From NCBI GenBank assembly GCA_044344255.1, contig JBIJDH010000057.1, forward strand, positions 1 through 10,987: a stretch of 10,987 nt of DNA. Direction: 5' to 3'. The position numbers were made by a program, and so were the translations under genes. This DNA comes from Myxococcota bacterium (GTDB lineage: Bacteria; Myxococcota_A; UBA796; UBA2385). Positions 8,401 to 10,987 of the stretch are shown here, one piece after another. The notes beneath the pieces are model-generated. The model had not been told where the DNA came from, did not search any database, and saw only the letters and a list, made by a program, of their open reading frames with translations. Numbering within the stretch: position 1 is the stretch's first letter; each line of letters begins with the position of its first letter.

Positions 8401-8860
8401 CGGGGTCGCGGGGGAAGCCTGCGTCTGCCCACTCCTTCCACCCCTTTCGAATCATCGGCGACTTCACCCGCCGGTCGCCATAGATCCGGCGGACGAGCGC
8501 CAGGCCCTTCTGGCAGAGGCGCGGGTCCCAGCGATGCGAGGCGGTGTTTCCGTAGAGGTCGGTCGCCTTTCCATACCCATGGGTGGGGCCGATACGCACG
8601 ATGATCCCGTTCTTCACATAGGCCTTGAGCAGGCAGTTGTGGGTGTCATTCGGCGCACAGAGGAAGACGAAGCTGTAGTCATGGGCGAAGATATTGCGGT
8701 AGGCCCGCTCCCAGTCCCGCTCCGGGTAGAAGCTCAACGGATTGTCGACTCGGGTGGGTGCGAGGTACCGAATCGGGGTCGCCGAGGCCACCCCTGCGAC
8801 GGTGATGCCGAGGACGAGCTGAAGGAAGCCGCGTCGGGTATTGGGGCTTGGGTGGGTCAC
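5405..8860 (-). CDS. Tat-exported molybdopterin (Mo-bisPGD) catalytic alpha subunit, nitrite oxidoreductase/nitrate reductase-like (NxrA/NarG-like), 1151 aa
   Basis: GTG start with AGGAG RBS; twin-arginine signal TRRGFL...ASA; FS0 motif [10 protein letters not shown]39-[12 protein letters not shown] carrying the Asp Mo ligand of type II enzymes; [37 protein letters not shown]. Confidence 0.95.
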   Translation of the reverse strand: MTHPSPNTRRGFLQLVLGITVAGVASATPIRYLAPTRVDNPLSFYPERDWERAYRNIFAHDYSFVFLCAPNDTHNCLLKAYVKNGIIVRIGPTHGYGKATDLYGNTASHRWDPRLCQKGLALVRRIYGDRRVKSPMIRKGWKEWADAGFPRDPATGRGDEKYFQRGKDSWVRVEWDEAYDYAARGLLNISTTYSGEQGAALLKAQDYDEAMIEAMEGAGTQTVKIRGGMAFLGATRIFGLYRFANLLALADDAIRGVGPDKAVGARGWDSYSWHTDLPPGHPMVTGSQTNDFDLFSVEHSNVAIVWGMNWITTKMPDSHWLTEARIKGTKVIAVTVEYSATASKCDEVIVIRPGTDPAFALGLAQVILAEKLYDDVWVKTNTDLPFLIRLDTLQPLRPEDIGLAAPAAGKGLGGATLLAKGEKAAPAIGHQQQIVPEGMLGDMGAFVILDPSGKPVAVTRDHVGPRGRGLNIDLLANTKVKLVDGNEVEVRSHFSLLKEYLDTNMTPEQVSGITSAPATAVVSLARMIAANPEKTIFATGMGPNQFFNADLKDRAILLVAALTRNIGFPGGNVGSYAGNYRAAIFGGMPTFIAEDPFNLELDPKAKVKVKKYTHYESLHYYNNGDRPLRVGNALLTGKGHMPVPTKAMWLNNSNSVIGNVKWHYDVVHNTLPRIEMIAFADWWWTASCEYSDIVFAADSWAEFRHIDMTASCTNPFVQIFPKSPIRRVFDTKADIEIIAGVSKAIGTHLADKRFTSAWKFVDENNVEAYLQRIVNGSFSLKGYDIHEMHEKAKAGIPCLVNMRTYPRISSYEQAKGEQPWHTRSGRLEFYRPEAEFIASGENMIVHREPIDSTHREPNAIAAAPHPMVRPDSPEKYGLKRGDVGSEVRQGRHVQYTVAELLLTKHPLAALGYKHVYHTPKYRHGAHTTPVDTDFTGVLFGPFGDVYRHDKRMPSITEGYVDMHPEDAKELGLEEGDYAYVDADPEDRPFRGWKEGTEEYKIARLLLRVRYYPGTPRGITRTWHNMYGATFGSVKGHETRPDGLAKSEGTNYQAMYRYGSHQSATRAWLKPTLMTETLVHKDMFGQQLMKGFLADVHCPVGAPREAFVKFVKKEDGAIGGHGLWRPAELGLRPTYESESMKIYLAGGFTRRA

Positions 8861-8902
8861 GGGATGCTCCTGCGACGGTCGAATGGACGGCGGGATAGAT
8901 GG

Positions 8903-9694
8903 TCAGTGGGTGTCGAGGACGGCGCGCGGACTGGCGTCGTAGACGACGAGGCCGGGGATCAGCCGCTCGATGGTGCGGACGAGGGAGTGGTTCAGGTCGA
9001 GGCCGCAGGCCGGCCCGGGCTGGTGGAGCTGGAGGTGAAGGGCCCCTTCCATGAGGCCGAGGTACTCCACCGTCGCCCCCGGGGCGATTCGCCCCATCTT
9101 CTCTGCGGCTTCTACAAGTGGGGCCTGCATCGACTCCGGGATGGGCTGGTACCGCGCCTCGTTCTGCAGCTCGACATGCAGGAGGTCGACACAGCGGGTC
9201 GAGCCGCCTTCTGGGCTCTCGACTCGGCTGTAATATACCGCCGTCGCGAGGCCCGATGTGAGGCCATGCAGGGCCTCCCGCCAGTAGGAGCACCGGGGCG
9301 ATGCGCAGGGGAGGCGGTCGGTCCGGCTCTCCCGGGCCGCGGCATCTCGGTGGAAGCTCCCCTGGGTGCAGGGTGGGCTGAGGAAAGGCAACAGCTGGCT
9401 GAGATCCGGAAGCGTGAGATCAACACGATGAAACCTACGAAAGCCGAGGCCGAGCGTGTGGCTGTTGTCGAAGACACGACGCAGCACCGCGGCCGGATCT
9501 GCCGCGGTGGCGGCGGCCAGAAGCTCTCCCTCCGGGGCGTCGAGCGGGTACTCGGGGACGACGGTGCGGAGCGCCGCCCGCCGGGCTGCGGTCCAGCGTC
9601 TGTCAAGCTCTCCCGCCTGCATCTGCAGGTAAGCGCCGATCGCCGGCTCCGGTGTTGGGGAGGTGGGAGGGTCGGTCTGGCTGTGGGAATTCAT
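8903..9694 (-). CDS. Hypothetical Cys-containing protein, 263 aa; central V4R/metal-binding-like region and NifU-C-like C-terminus (tentative)
   Basis: ATG with a good AAGGAG RBS; co-oriented and 42 nt upstream of the alpha gene; five Cys. Domain resemblance is by eye only. Confidence 0.75.
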   Translation of the reverse strand: MNSHSQTDPPTSPTPEPAIGAYLQMQAGELDRRWTAARRAALRTVVPEYPLDAPEGELLAAATAADPAAVLRRVFDNSHTLGLGFRRFHRVDLTLPDLSQLLPFLSPPCTQGSFHRDAAARESRTDRLPCASPRCSYWREALHGLTSGLATAVYYSRVESPEGGSTRCVDLLHVELQNEARYQPIPESMQAPLVEAAEKMGRIAPGATVEYLGLMEGALHLQLHQPGPACGLDLNHSLVRTIERLIPGLVVYDASPRAVLDTH

Positions 9695-9854
9695 CCCTGC
9701 GCTCCTTGTGGCGGGGACGACTGCAAGAACGGGGCCAGGGCCTCCCCCAGGGGCCCGCGGCGGCGCCCAAAGACCGACGGAGAGAGCGGACGCTCCCTTT
9801 CAGCGGATGTCGGACTCGGTTGTCATGGCGGGGAGCGGGAGAAGGCACAGGTGT

Positions 9855-9874
9855 GGTGTGTGAAATAGCACACC
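9855..9874. promoter_or_regulatory. Candidate transcription-factor site
   Basis: Inverted repeat GGTGTG-N8-CACACC, overlapping TGTGA-N6-ACACC (8/10 match to the CRP-family TGTGA-N6-TCACA), in the divergent intergenic region. Confidence 0.35.
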
Positions 9875-9980
9875 CAGTCATCCGGCCCGGTGGGGCCAGC
9901 CCAAAGGTCCGAAATATTGACTGCTGCGGAGAAGCTTCTCTGAACGATCCGGCGCGGCCTATGTCATCTTCGGCGGCGCG

Positions 9981-10008
9981 TTGCCCTGAGAGGTCTACAG
10001 GCTAAGCT
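9981..10008 (+). promoter_or_regulatory. Possible sigma70-type promoter for a leaderless transcript
   Basis: TTGCCC-N16-TAAGCT, then 6 nt to the GTG at 10015. No Shine-Dalgarno sequence at normal spacing. Confidence 0.3.
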
Positions 10009-10014
10009 CTGCTG

Positions 10015-10701
10015 GTGACCACCCTCGCCCGCCAGACCCCTCCCCTGAGCCCCGCCCTCTCCCAAGCGCTCGCCCGCCGGGAGCTGGACTTTGACGACAA
10101 CACCGCCCCCTGGCTGGTGGGCGCCCCGGAGCTCGAGCCTGGGCCCCGCCTCCGAGGCAACGAGAAGGCCGATGTGGTCATCATCGGCGGCGGCTTCACC
10201 GGCCTCTCTACCGCCTTGAACCTGATCATCCGGCACCCGAACCTCCGCATCGTCCTCTTGGAGGCCCGCCGGGTGGCGAATGGGGCCAGCGGCCGGAACG
10301 GCGGGCAGATGTTGAACTGGGTCAACGGGGTAGACACCACCGATGAGCCGCTCACGAAGCGGGTCTTCGACCTCACCCGGAGCGGCATCGACGACGTCGT
10401 CTCCCTCATCCGCGACAATGGTCTCCGTGTGCGCCACGCCCGCGACGGGGCCCTGGAGGTGCAGTGCAGCGCGGAGGGCGCCGAGCACGCCCAGGAGAAG
10501 GCCGAAAGAATGGCCCGTTGGGGCATCCCGCTGCGCTACATCCAGGGGGCCGAGCTCAAGGCCACCCTGCAGATGACCGGCGCCCGGGGCGCGCTCCTCG
10601 ACCCCACCGCCGGCCAGCTCAACGGCGTGGACTACCTCCGGGAGCTGGCTCGCCTGCTCGTCGCGCGGGGGGTGGTCATTCATGAGGACAGCCCGGTCCT
10701 C
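10015..10701 (+). pseudogene. N-terminal ~229 codons of an FAD-dependent oxidoreductase (DadA/PuuB gamma-glutamylputrescine oxidase-like), apparently truncated or fused
   Basis: Manual translation gives ADVVIIGGGFTGLSTA (Rossmann GxGxxG), IVLLEA, GASGRNGG, DPTAGQLN and GVVIHEDSPVL. In-frame TAA at 10003-10005 bounds the start. Absent from the ORF track because the frame has no stop before the window end. Confidence 0.75.
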
Positions 10702-10987
10702 TATGTGCGTGGGAAGGAGGGCGGTGTCCGGTTTCGGCCGGCACGAGCTCACCCCTCCGATGTGGAGGCGCTGATCGTGGCGATCGCGACAGCCTGCGAA
10801 GCGTGGCTGGCACGACAGGGCCATGGGCCAGAGGACGCGGCGGAAGAGGCCGACGACGAAGGGATGCGCCTCTTCCAGGCCGCCGCTGTGGCGGGGTACT
10901 CCGTGGTGAGAGGGGCGCCGACGAGGGTGGCGCGCCGTGTGCAGCGCATCGGGGGGAGGGAGCGGGAGCTCCCGCCGCTCTGCGCTT
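10702..10987 (+). mobile_element. Internal fragment of an IS91-family (Y2 rolling-circle) transposase-like sequence, in frame with the oxidoreductase; runs off the window
   Basis: Translation YVRGKEGGVRFRPARAHPSDVEALIVAIATACEAWLARQGHG...LFQAAAVAG...ARRVQRIGGRERELPPLCA resembles the segment between the HUH/DGV(Y/F) motif and the GF(S/N)LHA motif of IS91-like transposases. Recognised from memory. Confidence 0.62.

Noticed and set aside
4248..8860. Assigning narG/narH or nxrA/nxrB gene symbols
   Set aside because: The Tat signal, Asp-type FS0 motif and lack of narI argue against canonical Nar, and nitrite-oxidising function cannot be proven from sequence.
5753..9868. 1371-aa + strand ORF
   Set aside because: Antisense shadow of the alpha subunit and upstream gene, expected from GC-rich codon bias; no motifs.
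9603..10005. Short ORFs in the intergenic region (9603-9881, 9652-10005, 9663-9863)
   Set aside because: Low-complexity translations that overlap a real gene and lack convincing RBSs; the region looks like a divergent promoter.
9964..10824. 286-aa minus-strand ORF, and the 174-aa ORF at 10002-10526
   Set aside because: Antisense to the FAD oxidoreductase frame, which has clear GxGxxG and GASGRNGG motifs.

Overview
GC-rich bacterial window dominated by a seven-gene minus-strand cluster (9694->425). In order it encodes: a Cys-containing hypothetical protein; the alpha (Tat-exported Mo-bisPGD), beta (Fe-S) and gamma (heme b, EbdC-like) subunits of a periplasm-facing type II DMSO reductase family complex of the NXR/periplasmic-NAR type; a TorD/DmsD-type chaperone; a MobB protein fused to a degenerate MobA-like domain; and a heme A synthase (CtaA/COX15). 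The alpha subunit carries the C-x3-D-x3-C-x39-C FS0 motif typical of periplasmic nitrite oxidoreductases and their relatives. Reaction direction (nitrite oxidation vs nitrate reduction) cannot be read from sequence. On the right, a divergent + strand frame missing from the ORF track (10015 to window end) begins as a DadA/PuuB-like FAD oxidoreductase and switches in frame at about 10702 into what looks like the middle of an IS91-family transposase. On the left are a small convergent hypothetical ORF and a terminator-like hairpin. All family calls come from motif recognition; no searches were run.
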